A model generated the notes under the pieces. That model was not told the origin of the DNA and made no database searches. It worked only from the letters and a program-made list of their open reading frames with translations. The translations under genes and the position numbers were made by a program. From Tetramitus jugosus (lineage: Eukaryota; Protista; Heterolobosea), in assembly GCA_937625935.1 (NCBI GenBank), contig OW569387.1, positions 341,573 to 405,572 on the forward strand: 64,000 nt of DNA, written 5' to 3'. Below, piece by piece: positions 46,801-58,068 of this stretch. The stretch's first letter is position 1; every line of letters starts with the position of its first letter.

Positions 46801-47305
46801 TAAAACGCTGAATAATTCATTGAAATCCCAAAGTGCGATAGACTCGACTGAACTATCAGAAACTGCAATACCAAACCACAATCATTCTCAACTACTATCA
46901 CAAACAGTGAATGGTCTATCGGAGCCAGCAAATAACCCAACAGAACAACCAAGTATTGGTGGCTGTACGATTGATGTTGGTCAATCTCAACAACTATCGC
47001 AGACAGTGAACGACTCATCGGAGCCAGCAAGTAACCCAACAGAACAACCGAAAGCAATCGATGGCAACACGATTAGCGTTAAAACACAAAATATAAGGTC
47101 AAAATCGAGGAAACGACGATGGGGTGAGTGGAATCATGTGGAAAATGAGGATGAGGAAGATGTAGAAGAAGGAGGAGAGCGTAAGAGAGTAAAGATAACC
47201 CCCTCGGAAAGTGATTCAATGGAGGATGTACTCGAGGAACCCCAAACCCAACCAGCAACTAACGTTTCTGCCAACCTGATTGAACAAGAACTACGTCACG
47301 GATAG
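43835..47305 (+). CDS. RCC1-repeat + EGF + TM receptor with a kinase domain truncated after subdomain I and fused to an unrelated tail (chimeric, possibly a pseudogene)
   Basis: Signal peptide at ATG 43835, more than 10 RCC1 repeats (WGxNxxGQLG), EGF repeats, TM helix, then IKLISRLSEGAAGVVFKGKW with no VAIK/HRD/DFG afterwards. Confidence 0.8.
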   Translation: MALKILVLSAVVFGSILLPCCIVEAKIASSSLYAWSLSGSSTSRENPMPFDVTVGVMQNEFITQVAAGQSHTVALTKKGTIFTWGDNTSGQLGDQSYFDRKQPVAIVLTLMLESRRFIQIAAGSWHTLALSNFGEILSWGNNQFGQLGFNEERSSENFPRVIPFDLSSSEVIQISAGEIHSMALTSDGRVFCWGSNMVGQLGHNSTIQFSRTPVHVAISERIVQISAGSWHSAALTANGTVLTWGSNNEGQLGRIDSNAFVPSPINSTGVLTGANITQISAGYSHTVSLTSDGRIISWGGNNCGQLGDNTQHSNNSGPVLVYMEGVPKGTKFVYVAAGFDYTLSITRQGTIYAWGSNNNGQLGCDGPTSIVRLSPVAVSTNGVLSGKSARQVSAGNDHSVAVTTDGKVYSWGNNKFRKLGIGETIASKPVPGDVDTKGVLDGQTITKIASFEGHTIVLTSESKLYGFGRNECGQLGDGTIVAKNFFVAVDMSNVLLGRTISQIAVGRGFSVVLDTEGRVYSWGCNHYGQLGIGTRSNSLLPVRVDMNAVTAEMVKSIAVGTFHTVVIDNDDKLYSWGGNGRGQLGDGSTQAAFSPVVVSMPALLQSQIFTQIVAGDTHTVALTSDGVCYAWGSNSDGELGTDSNREEHIPILTNSINGTVTMIGASRSRTVLLTNDGVIHVWGDISRYTQHRELVNDKITRLVSGGTGIVAVTNDSRVFAWDTDFYNVNLSNVDPTQYISQAYVTSTGKSGILGVKCVSGYFRQNCESFYCYNITHDSNSVCSGNGNCVSLDTCKCGEGFAGDDCSAPLCFGYPGNSRTVCSSRGKCVAPNECVCPRGYYGETCSINLDFLALLSLLIIPFTALFVVLIIFATYIARRVKKDKKIESDLRACLLEEMTDFENINDMALFIDMKDIKLISRLSEGAAGVVFKGKWKSNLVNKLVQDTTIPARSQPQPLSQAVSDLVNMKSRFNLGRSSGKIVKLASSLKRKTLNNSLKSQSAIDSTELSETAIPNHNHSQLLSQTVNGLSEPANNPTEQPSIGGCTIDVGQSQQLSQTVNDSSEPASNPTEQPKAIDGNTISVKTQNIRSKSRKRRWGEWNHVENEDEEDVEEGGERKRVKITPSESDSMEDVLEEPQTQPATNVSANLIEQELRHG
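46886..47080 (+). repeat. Two tandem ~99-bp (33-codon) repeats in the chimeric tail
   Basis: SQLLSQTVNGLSEPANNPTEQP... and SQQLSQTVNDSSEPASNPTEQP... start near 46886 and 46985. Confidence 0.75.
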
Positions 47306-47679
47306 AATTATCTCATGGCTTTAATCATGCAAGAAGCTTCAGGTTCTAAGACTCTAGGCTTCATATACAATGCCAAAGGCTCCTGTTTCTCCAGCGTCAA
47401 AGGGTTGGATTGCTGCTGCCGTAATTGCACCCCTGTTCGTGATAGGTGTCCTCATTTCTATTGCAGTTCTTGCCGTTGTTGTGTTGCACCTCACTACTCA
47501 TAATAAAGCTACTCATCCCGCAAAACTCATCGACTGATCATTCTAGGTGTTCCGCTTTTTTGTAGTTTGTCACAATTCCCATTCCCGCCAAAAAACTTTC
47601 CAAGAAAAACTGGAAACTGTTCGGTCCAGTTCTCACAGCCAAGGAACTTTTGTCACGACAAAGCCATAACTTGGTGGAG

Positions 47680-50600
47680 ATGCAACAACAAGATGATTCT
47701 TCACTTCCATGTGATGAATTTGCCACAGGGCAATGGAAGAGAGATTGTGAAAAAGAACGAGACAAAGAACTTGGTTTTTTCACTTTGTGTGACCAATTGA
47801 TACCGAGGCACATTTTTGGGGCAATTATTGAGTTTATACCTGCATTTCCTTACTACTTTGTCATTCGATCTGTTTGTTCACAATGGTTGTATGAGTTTGA
47901 GGAGAAAGTTTATGGTCAAGTTCATTACTTGGATCTTGTGAACGATGGTAAACCAAAGTTTTATGTTGTTCCACAGCAACAATACACGAGCGGAGATGAT
48001 GTGCAGATGGATGGCAAAGAAGATAACAATGTTAAGATTGTCAGATATAAGCCAATTGATATGACAGGCAAGCACTTTGACATTTCGACTTTGACTGAAC
48101 CAGGTGTTGAGACACAAAGGTACAATCGTGTTCCAATCTATCACTTTTTGTCCCATGTTTTTCATAATGTCAGACACTTGCGATTAGCATTTTCAACTTA
48201 TAGCTCGCTTGAGATGTTTGATTGTCTGAAAACAATGCTACCAAGACTGACCAAGCTTGAAAGATTAGATATTATCGGTGCTCGATCATATAACTACTGG
48301 GGTGGCGCAACAGCAAACTTATTTGTGGAAAGTCTTTGTGATTTGGTTGCTCATCTGCCTTCATGGCTGAAATCTTTGCATTTGATTGGCATTAAACTAG
48401 AATATGTTGAAGACACTTTCATTGTGCTCCAGTCATTGACGGATCGAGGAAGAAACATTTCAGGTGTGAAACAATCTGGGAATACTGGTAGAATAATCGA
48501 GGCAAACATCAATGAATTGCATCTGAATCATTGTTTCTTCGAGAGAAACTACTCTGTGGATTGTTGCAGAGTGATCAAGGATCTGCGCCAGGTCATACCA
48601 TCTCTGAACATTCTAGAATCACTCGACTGTAATGCCATATCTTCACACACAGCTTTTCCAAGTGTTTCGTACGCCGACTATATCAGATATATGACCGAAA
48701 GGGAGGGTATTGTGTTGTCTTATCTTGCTCAATACGATCTCGAAATGCAGAGAGACGATGTTATAGACGCCATTGTGGATGCAGCTGTTAGTGAATATCC
48801 CTGTTTTAAATCAGTCATCGATCGAAGCATGGCTGAAAGAGATTGGCAACTGCGTCCCCGAACACCTCCTGATTTGTCATGATCATGCAACATCCTCGCG
48901 CAACATCCCATCTGCTCTCTGTGTTAACAGACATTGAGAGAATGAAATATCCAGAACTAGTTTTAGATGTTAATCATGCCTATCCTTATTGCGGGATACC
49001 GGATGCAGGAATGACTGTTCTTACATTCCTCATTCAAAATTGCAGAAGCGAAGATGCTCTTAAAGCTATTAAAACTGTTGTCACACAGTATGGAGCACTA
49101 CTAGCTGTTGCCAGTGTCAGAAATTATTTGTTAGAAGCATATTCGCTCCCAGACACTGAAATTCGCTCCAAATTAGTTGAATATATATTGATGAAGAAAC
49201 CAGATTTGGTCCTTCTAGGGGATTCTTCAGGAATCATTCGTTGTGATCAAAAGCAGTTACCTATGTTGCATTTGATGATCAAATACTGCTTTGCCAACCC
49301 ACAGGAGAATCTTGTTAATTTTCAGTACCTTGTTAGAAGAGGAGCATCATTATCGAATTTGAGTTCTCAAGGCAATAACTACTTGCATCTATCCTGTCAA
49401 CTATTGGACCCCAACTACTTGAAGTTCTTCCTCGCCAATGGATCAATGGATGATCTCTTTGTAAAGAATGATCATAATGAAACTCCTCTCGAAATGGCGT
49501 TCCTGGAATCGGCATCAACCTACATGCATGCTAGTCATTCATCTCCCGGTCAATTTTTGGAATCCATAGATAAGTTATCTGTTTTGAAGCAGGGAAAAGA
49601 ATGTATCTTCAAGGAATATGAAACATCATGTGGAACACTACTACACGCAGCAGTGAAGAACAGCTTCTATCAAGACTCTTCCATTGATTTTCTTCTAAAG
49701 AAGGGAGTTGATGCAAATGCCCTCAACACCCATGGAGAGAATGTGCTATTCTCTTGCAAAAATCAAACTCCACCCTTTCGATTTCTTTACACACTTTCAG
49801 CGGCTCGATTCGAGAAGAGAGTGAATCAATTGATCAATGCAGGGGCGCAAGTAGATTGTTTGAATAATGAAGGCACATCCGTTATCATGAAAGCCCTAGA
49901 GCAAGAGAACTATCCATTAACTAAGGCTATCATTGAAAAATTATCAGATGACAACATTGCAGAGCTTTTGAAAGAAAGAAAAAGAAATGGAGTCAATGCT
50001 CTGCACTTTACCCTCCCCCTATTGACAAACATAGTTGAAAAACTATCGAGCATGAACAGAAAGCAGAAGGTGTTATGTGAAGGAAACTATCCTATCGCAC
50101 TTCGTTGCGCCAAGTTGTGCATCAAATACCATCCTGAGATGCTCAATGAGAGAGAACATGTCGATGGGGGCGTGGATCAAACTACTCCTAGTCCTCTTGA
50201 GATACTACTCAGCTCCTCTCACGGTCATTTCCTATTGAGTGATTTAGCCATCGATTTGAGTGAGCTGGCCAACAAACCGATTGTTCTTCCAGATCAGCAA
50301 ATAGCCCAGTTACCTGCTGTTTTTGTTGCGCTGAGTAAGACCGGTAGCCCTGTGCTATTTGACAAAATTTTGAGTCATACGACTGACGTTATGGCTTATG
50401 ACAACTCAGATGTTCACAAATCCAATTTGTTGCAAATAACAGCCAGAAACAACTTCAGTATGTGTCAATCGGTGCTCAAGTACTGGAAAAAGCACTACTC
50501 AAAGAAAGAACTATGCGACCTGATCAGCAAACCTCTTGAGAATGACGATGTGAACGAAAGAAGACCTCGCAACTCTATCACTCTCTCATGCATCGAGGGA

Positions 50601-51479
50601 CAATTCGAAGTATTCAGTATTTTGTGGCCGTATGTCCATTCAAACGCAAAATTATTGGATAATCCTGTTAAGGTAGCAATGGACCACAATCAGTATGATT
50701 TTGCTCTGAACTGTATGATACAACACGGTATTTTACCCTCATCTAAATCTCTAATGCAATCAATCATTCGATATCATCTATGCAATCAAAAGCTGAATAG
50801 AACTCATGACCTTAAAGTTGTTGATTGGTTGGAATGCTTGAGAGAAGAATCAGAAGGCTCTTGGATTGATATCCTTTGTGCGACACCTGCTGAACCCAGC
50901 CAAGAAGAGAATGATAACATGAGCACATTCAAGCTGTTACTTGTGAATGCATTTTCGAATACTCTTGGTTGGTTCTTCAAACACTTTAAGCACCATTCTA
51001 AATTTTCAGATGTAATTCTGTCCTTCGATGTTCAAACAGGGGAAACTTTGCTACATCTATTGACAGGTGAATTGTTTCCAAGGAGTGAGTATGAATCGTG
51101 TCACGAAATTCTAAACCTCATACTCCAATACTTTGACTCTCTGGATGATAGCGAGAAGGTTTCGAGCTTTGTCAATCATCGAAATCAATTGGGTCAAACT
51201 TGTCTGCACCACATCGTCACCAACATAGATATTCATAGCATGATACCGACTCTTGTGCGATACGGAGCTGACATTACCATCACAGATAAGGAAGGCCATA
51301 CACCCTTGGACAATGCAAGTGAGAGCATAAAGAGAAGCATCATGAGACGAATGAATACTCAAAGTGAGACATCCAAGAGAAAAAGAGATACTACCTCATC
51401 AATCACCATCTCAGACGATAGCGAAGAAGATGAACCAATCGCAAAGAGAAGAACAACAAGAAGACGCCGCCGCACATAA
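47680..51479 (+). CDS. F-box/LRR-like + ankyrin-repeat protein, split by one frameshift near 48875 (or two genes)
   Basis: F-box-like LIPRHIFGAIIEFI...IRSVCSQW, LRR-like segments, then ankyrin repeats (GNNYLHL, GTLLHAAV, GETLLHLL, GQTCLHH, GHTPLD). The two ORFs overlap by ATGA at 48879-48882. Confidence 0.7.
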
Positions 51480-51648
51480 ACCCGCATGGATCTGTAACGA
51501 CTTTTTCTGATCCGCCATAACTCCGCCACTCAACGTTTTTACGTACCTTGGACACAATGGAGGATATCCCTGCTCAAGAAGAGGATGGAACAACCAGATA
51601 CGAATGTTCTAAACTGATCCTAACACGGCAATCGATGCCCAACAAGGA

Positions 51649-53241
51649 GTGCCAAATTTGCCATTTCAGGAAGTTTCCATTGCTCCCCAGAGCACTTATG
51701 TTGAAAAGGCAGTTCAAGAAGAGGTAAATGCAGCACCCAGTTCGTCCTCTTCAGCTTCTGCTCTAAACCTTACAGTACCTGTTTCTGCACAAGCACCACA
51801 AGCACAACAGGAACAACAAGATCAAACAAACAGAGCAGAGGAAGATGACAATGAAGATGACGAAGTGGATAGTGAAGATGAAGGAGAAGAAGAATAAAGA
51901 ATTGTTGATCGATTTGAAAGTTTGTTTACAAATGTTGCGAGACCAGGTGATTTTGCAGTTGGTTCCGTATTGTCTTCTGATTTTGCTGTTCCGGCCATTA
52001 CTGTCAATGGTAATCCCTCCATGATTGGTTTACCTCTTGTTGAATCTCAAGCCAAAGAGATTATTGCTGTGGCATCGAAATCACCCTTGGTCGTCGAGAA
52101 GAAACACTGTTTGATGACAATGTTCGTAACTCTTGGCAATTGGATCCCTCTCAATACAAGATTAATAACACAAAGTGGAATAATCATGTCAAACAATTGC
52201 TTGATACAGGCCTCACACCCAGGATTGGGCATTACAAATCTTCAAATCGGATGTAGTCTGTACAAGCTGTTGCTGTATGAGAAGGGAGGTCATTTCAAAT
52301 TTCATCGAGACACAGAGAAGGAAGATGGAATGTTTAGTACGTTGATTATTCAACTTCCATCGTTGTATGAAGGAGGTCGGATCACTATCAGACATAGAAG
52401 AAGTGAACATACGTTTGATTTTGCCAAAGTTGCTGCCTTTACTCCATACTTTGCTGCATTTTATGGAGCCACAGGAAACGAAGGAGCCACGTTAGAGAGA
52501 TGGTATCAAACAGCGGTTATCGTCTTTTGGCCAGTTGAAAGATCAAACAATCTTTGGCTTGATATGGGAACAAATCTTGCCGTCCAGAAGCTTGGTTCAA
52601 TGATTTCAGATGTAGTGGATCGAGATAAGATGATCACAAAGTGGGATTACAATGGAATAATTGTTCCCATGATTGAAAATATTAACGAGTTACGAGACAC
52701 TCAATTGGCTATTCGTTTCTGTAATGAGGTGTTGATCAAGAAATCATCCACGTACTCATCGGGAGTTGGTCGCGCAATTAAGAGCTTAATAACTGTATTC
52801 GGTTGGAATACTATGCAAGAGTATGTCGCTCAATACATTCGGAGACTTGCCACTGCGGGATATAATGGAATGGAGAATGGTGTTAAACTTATTGGAGAAC
52901 TTGCACCGACAACCATAGGTTCAAGTATACAACCAAGCGACTATTTCATGTTTAACAATCTTGTCGATAGCATTTGGACTCAATATTATTCGAGAGTGAG
53001 CAGCACGTATTACTACTCTAGCTCCTCTGACCATGAAACCATTGGAATGCTATTGGTGTATCTGTACAGATTGAACATGAAAGACAAAATATCCACCATA
53101 ATTACGTATATACTCCAGAACACTGAACGGTACAAGTCGTTGGCTAATAAAGATCCAACTCCATGTTCAAATGTCACACCTTTACTAAAAGTGAAAGTAG
53201 AGTTGAAACTCTTGTTTGTTGTTTGCAGTCGCATCAGTTAA
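51649..53241 (+). pseudogene. Decayed 2OG-Fe(II) oxygenase-family gene
   Basis: LYKLLLYEKGGHFKFHRDTEKEDGMF (HxD). In-frame TAA at 51895. The conserved GRREETLFDDNVRNSWQLDP block lies in another frame (about 52090-52200). AAFY jumps directly to GATGNEGATLERWY, so the distal His strand is missing. Confidence 0.75.
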
Positions 53242-54269
53242 TACCCTTGAAAATTCGAACAATCTTCTTGAAATGATTGGAATAATACGCAGTTACATAG
53301 TACCTGGGTGGTTGGACTCCCGAGGACCAATGATATCTCTGGAAATCTCTGCGTTGACTAACAAACGCCATAATGAAACGATCCTCTTCAAGTGAATTTG
53401 CAAAGAATCTCTCACCTGCATTTCTTGAGATGGTTGGCTCTCCCAATTGATCAATCAATTGCTCTACTGTTGGTACTGCCTGTGTTGACACTGACTCATC
53501 AAACAGAATTTCAATGTCAATTCTTTTAACCTCTTTGATAACATCATGGACCTTAGTTTGTTATCATCTTCATTCTTGACCTTGGCTGCATGTTACCAGA
53601 ATGGTGTTGGGCGCAGAGTTATATGATCTTGGCTACTCCATGGATATGTGATTTCTTTGGTGGAATGAACTAAATTACAAAGTTAACGCCAATGACGATA
53701 TGATGCCTCAGTGAGTTGCAGCAGTAGAATTTCCTCTCAGAAAAGTGTGAAAAGATGGGGAGAACTAGTGAGGTATGGCACTTCCTCCAATTCTATGATA
53801 GACTCTATGCACACTTTCAAGTTGACCCAAGACAGTATCAATGTTCCCGACGCCAATTCAAATGAGCGAAAATTGTATAAGAGAACGAAAACCAAAGTAC
53901 TAACTACCTAATGCACTATCTACGAAGAGATTCAATCCTCCAAGCACTTCCATTTGGGTTGTTGATACTTGCACTTGAGGTTATCCAGGTCATCTTCTTC
54001 AAGTTGATTTCAGGCCTCATTCGACTAACTAGCCCAACAAATATACTCGGTGTTTCTTATGATAACGTTTGCATCTCTAGCGGTCGTATAACACTAATGC
54101 GATCTCTGTTGTTGATCTATGTGCTTGGCGAGATGCAGCTGAATACTCTGACGTTATTTGTCACAAAACTGTATATTGTATATTTACTGTGACCTTTTTG
54201 TAAGATATGGAGGTCTCAGTAGCTGCCTATGATTGATGATTTTCTCTTCTCCAGCTAATAATCACATTC

Positions 54270-54623
54270 TTACGTACGAACAACAACATGATTACAATCT
54301 GAGCTACGGAGAAGAAGTACCAGATAGAACCCTGTTCCATCATATTGGATGTGATCAAATGAGCGGTAAATGGTCAGAAGATGAATAAGAATAGCCTGGA
54401 TCACCATACCCTTCTTCTCGTAGATAGCAAAGAACGGAGCAAACATGAGGAATGAGTGGATAGCTGCGCCTGGGACAATATATGTTGGATCTGCCATCGG
54501 AATAGACCATGGTGTTAATACCTCTGCGCAACGGAACTCTTCGCTAACTTTCCAGTAATAACGTTTCTGTATCAACCAGATTGAATAATTCTTGTGTTCT
54601 GAAATTTGAAAACGCGTTTTCAT
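54270..54623 (-). pseudogene. Fragment of a membrane-protein gene
   Basis: Protein-like WSIPMADPTYIVPGAAIHSFLMFAPFF with hydrophobic segments; ends not credible and family not assigned. Confidence 0.3.
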
Positions 54624-55533
54624 GGCGAATTAATTTTTCGGTGAAATTGCGTTATCAATTTTACTCAGTTCAACAAAAAAAAACAAAGACTGAGGATCTA
54701 CTCACTACTCACCAGTCAGCAATTAGACCGTTTTGCCTTCAGAGCCATCTCTTATCAAATCTCTGGTCCACATCTCTGCATAATCTTTTTAGTAATATTT
54801 TGCATGAGTTCAGCAGTGTCGCGACTCAACTCGCTGTGAACGAAGAATCAGAATTTCCATTTCGTGATATATACAAAAGGGTTGTTGTTAGTATGTATGA
54901 AGCAAGCACTTGAGAAAAGTGGAAGCGTTCGTATCATACCTCTTTGTTGCCACGGTGGCGGCGAAGGTGTGATACGAGTCGACTGATTTTGGTCCGATAC
55001 CAGAGAAACCAACACGAGCAATGGAAGTGTTATAACTCATATTATATTGATACTGTGACTAACAACGTTTTTTGTGCGTGAATTGCGGAGTAAATTTTGT
55101 AAAAAAAGCTTTCTTGGCGCCAATGTTGTCGGGTTTTATTGACCATTTACAATAAAGGTGTGGTGTGTGGTATTGAATTCACATGAAGTTACACAAGCTT
55201 GATCACATAAATTTGAAAATATCAGGTCCTAGTGATAGAATTCAAGTTTACATGAAGTCTATCATGACTTGCTAGAGTACCACTTCCTGTGGTTACACCA
55301 ATAATTGTAACATCCTGATTCTGATTTAACAGAAGCAGGAACTTTGATACAACATTTGACTGTAGATTGACTCATGTTGACAAGTGGTCAAGCGGGAAGT
55401 CAAACTCCGACCAAACGGGGTTCTAGTACAGACAAGCAGCAGGAAGATCGGAGAACATGCTAGCCTAGCGGAGTTCCTCGCAAGTCTTATAATCCGGAGT
55501 GCTTGAATCCTTGAAGTACCAATCAAAAACAAA

Positions 55534-56301
55534 ATGAAACAAGCAACCATTATTGTTGTACTGTTGTTTGTGCTATTCATCGTCAGTGATAGTTACTGCC
55601 GTAGTGAAAGAAGAAGAAGTAGAAGAGCTACCAATGCACTTGCTGACTCAAGACCAGCTGTCACAATGACAACGACATGTGAGAAGGCCATCCAAAACAA
55701 CCGTTTGCATGGAGCCACAGTGTATGAGAATCCAAGATACATGGGCTTTCTTCAAAGTCCTTGCAGAAACAAAGGAACACCTGGTTTTCTAACAAAGGAG
55801 GAAATTGCTCTCATTCATGCATACACTAATTTTGAGCACAGTTCCAATATTTTCATTGCATTGAACTGCTTCTTGAGATATAGAGGTTCTGTTGAAGTAC
55901 CTGGATGGGTGTACGATTTTACTGCAAGATTATCGCAAGTGATTGACAAGTTGGGAGAATATAATGATGTCGTCTGGAGAGGTACTGCATTGCATACGAA
56001 GCCACAGATGGGACAAGTAATTGAGAATTTGAGTTTTCTGAGTACTTCTTCAGATCGTCGAGCTGCACAGACATTCGCAGGTGGTCAATACTTATTGGCT
56101 TTCTATAATCATGGAGGAGCATCAGTTGCACAATACAGCTGTATGGACAATGAGAAGGAAGTTATTGTCAAGCCAAATCAATGCTGGAAAGTGTTCAATA
56201 TTGAAGAAGGCAAGCCAACAATTATCCATCTGGAACAAGTCTCCTGCAAGGGTAAATCCACTGAAGCTCTCTTGTCTGACAGATTTGTTGTTCATGGATA
56301 G
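55534..56301 (+). CDS. Secreted R-S-E clade mono-ADP-ribosyltransferase (ARTC/toxin-like)
   Basis: Signal peptide, polybasic RSERRRSRR, helical IHAYT...LNCFLR, catalytic VWRG, FLSTSS and NEKEVI (ExE). A-rich context before the ATG and AATAAA just after the stop. Confidence 0.85.
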   Translation: MKQATIIVVLLFVLFIVSDSYCRSERRRSRRATNALADSRPAVTMTTTCEKAIQNNRLHGATVYENPRYMGFLQSPCRNKGTPGFLTKEEIALIHAYTNFEHSSNIFIALNCFLRYRGSVEVPGWVYDFTARLSQVIDKLGEYNDVVWRGTALHTKPQMGQVIENLSFLSTSSDRRAAQTFAGGQYLLAFYNHGGASVAQYSCMDNEKEVIVKPNQCWKVFNIEEGKPTIIHLEQVSCKGKSTEALLSDRFVVHG

Positions 56302-56415
56302 ATAATAAATAATGAGAACATCTCATCTTCTTGTGGTGCAACTCATGTTTCCACATAAAGAGAAGAGACAACATACACACATACATAGTTGTTGTTTACT
56401 ATCTTGACCATCTTT

Positions 56416-57148
56416 TCAATTGGACATACAATAATTAATGAATAATTCTACAGGTAAGTCATCATTCTCACCCAGCCCCAACTCCTTCCACATCTTTTCA
56501 ATATCATCCTCTGAGAATTTCTCTCCCATTGTTGTCAAGGCATTCTTGAAGGCGTGCATTGATACCTGGCACCGTTACCAACTTGAGTTGCACTTGTATT
56601 ATCTGTGATCAGGTCATCATCTAAGCCGTGTAGTGGTGATGCTGCAGATGGAGATGGAGTGACAGAAGTGGGCACCGTAAATGAAGATGACAATTGTTGT
56701 TGTTGCTGTTGTTGACTGTCTGCAATGAAGATGACAATTGTTGTTGTTATTGTTCCATTGGTGGTGGTGGATTCGCCACAGTGATTGATCAACACTTCAA
56801 ATGCCTCCCTCACAGACTCCTCCTCATGTATCATTCGTGTCACTAGACTTAAGAATTCTGTAATGTCAATGAGACCATTGCCCGAAGTATCAGTCTCCTT
56901 GACCAACTCGTGTAACAATGATTCATTATTATTTATATAACTTTGACCTAGAGCTTTCAATAATTGACTGAATTCGATAGAGTTCAACTCTCCATCACCC
57001 GAGGAGTCGAACTGAACACATCTCTGAACTCTGCCAGTTGGTCATCTGTCAACTGTTTCAACACATCTTGCATCAGAGCATACTTGCTGTCCAAACTGTT
57101 TGTATTACTACTACTGGTACTATCTCTCTTGTTACTGAATTTCATCAT
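56416..57148 (-). pseudogene. Calmodulin-like EF-hand gene with two frameshifts and a low-complexity insertion
   Basis: LTDDQLAEFRDVFS/[fs]FDSSGDGELNSIEF...DTSGNGLIDITEFL...REAFEVL-[insert]-[fs]FKNALTTMGEKFSEDDIEKM. Confidence 0.75.
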
Positions 57149-57246
57149 TTTTTTTGGTTTTCTTTGATTCGTGCACGAATGAATGGTTGGTGGTGACTCG
57201 AAGAACCAACAAACTCACGCTTCAAATTTGCACATTTCAGCTGCAC

Positions 57247-58068
57247 ATGGATCGCACCTTAAGCGAACCACCAAACAAGTTAAGAAAATTAAACAATGAA
57301 CCATCATCATCACTCTCTTTTGATGTCTTGACAATTATTGTAGGATTTTGTGACACGAGAGAATGGTTATCCCTCAGTTATACATGCAAGTCTCTGAATG
57401 AATTGAAATTCAACAAAGAATTGATGAAGAACAAGAAGAGAACATTGAGGAGTGATATTACCTCAGAGGAAATTGATAAATACTTCAGTTTGTGTCGAGG
57501 AACGCTGTTTAACGTTTCTTTGAACAAGAACAAAGAATATATTAACAAGAGCGTAAAAGATGATCATTTTGTTCATCTCGAGGGCATCCATGCTTTAGAT
57601 TTGAGTTATTGTTACTCCGTCAGTGACAAAGCATTCTCTCATTTGACTGGAATACATACTCTGGATATGAGTAACTGTTCTCAAGAAACGATCACAGACA
57701 AGGCCTTCTCTCATTTGACTGGAATTCACACTTTACAAATGGTTAGGTGTACACAACAGACAATCACAGACAAGGCTTTCTCTCATTTGACTGGGGTTAA
57801 CACTCTGCACATGAATTACTGTTCTCAAGAAACAATCACTGGCAAAGCAATCACTCATTTGGCTGGAATTCACACTCTGAATATGAGTGATTGTACCCAA
57901 ATTCCAATCACAGACGAAATATTCTCTCATTTGGCTGGAATACATACTCTGTATCCGGGTAGGCGATTACAAAGGGCATTCAACAGAATACACAAGATGA
58001 TGACTGATGACAGTGATCCAGATTCATTTCGGGAAACCGGTACGAGCGCTAAGGCATTAACCGGTTAA
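57247..58068 (+). CDS. F-box + tandem ~25-aa leucine-rich repeats
   Basis: F-box LSFDVLTIIVGFCDTREWLSLSYTCKSL, then about 6 repeats of LTGIHTLDMSxCSQETITDKAFSH. Confidence 0.82.
   Translation: MDRTLSEPPNKLRKLNNEPSSSLSFDVLTIIVGFCDTREWLSLSYTCKSLNELKFNKELMKNKKRTLRSDITSEEIDKYFSLCRGTLFNVSLNKNKEYINKSVKDDHFVHLEGIHALDLSYCYSVSDKAFSHLTGIHTLDMSNCSQETITDKAFSHLTGIHTLQMVRCTQQTITDKAFSHLTGVNTLHMNYCSQETITGKAITHLAGIHTLNMSDCTQIPITDEIFSHLAGIHTLYPGRRLQRAFNRIHKMMTDDSDPDSFRETGTSAKALTG

Noticed and set aside
37947-56301. MacroD + ART as a toxin-antitoxin pair
   Set aside because: They are 17 kb apart and in different compartments. MacroD is a housekeeping enzyme acting mainly on acidic-residue ADP-ribose, whereas Arg-linked ADP-ribose is removed by ARH1-type enzymes.
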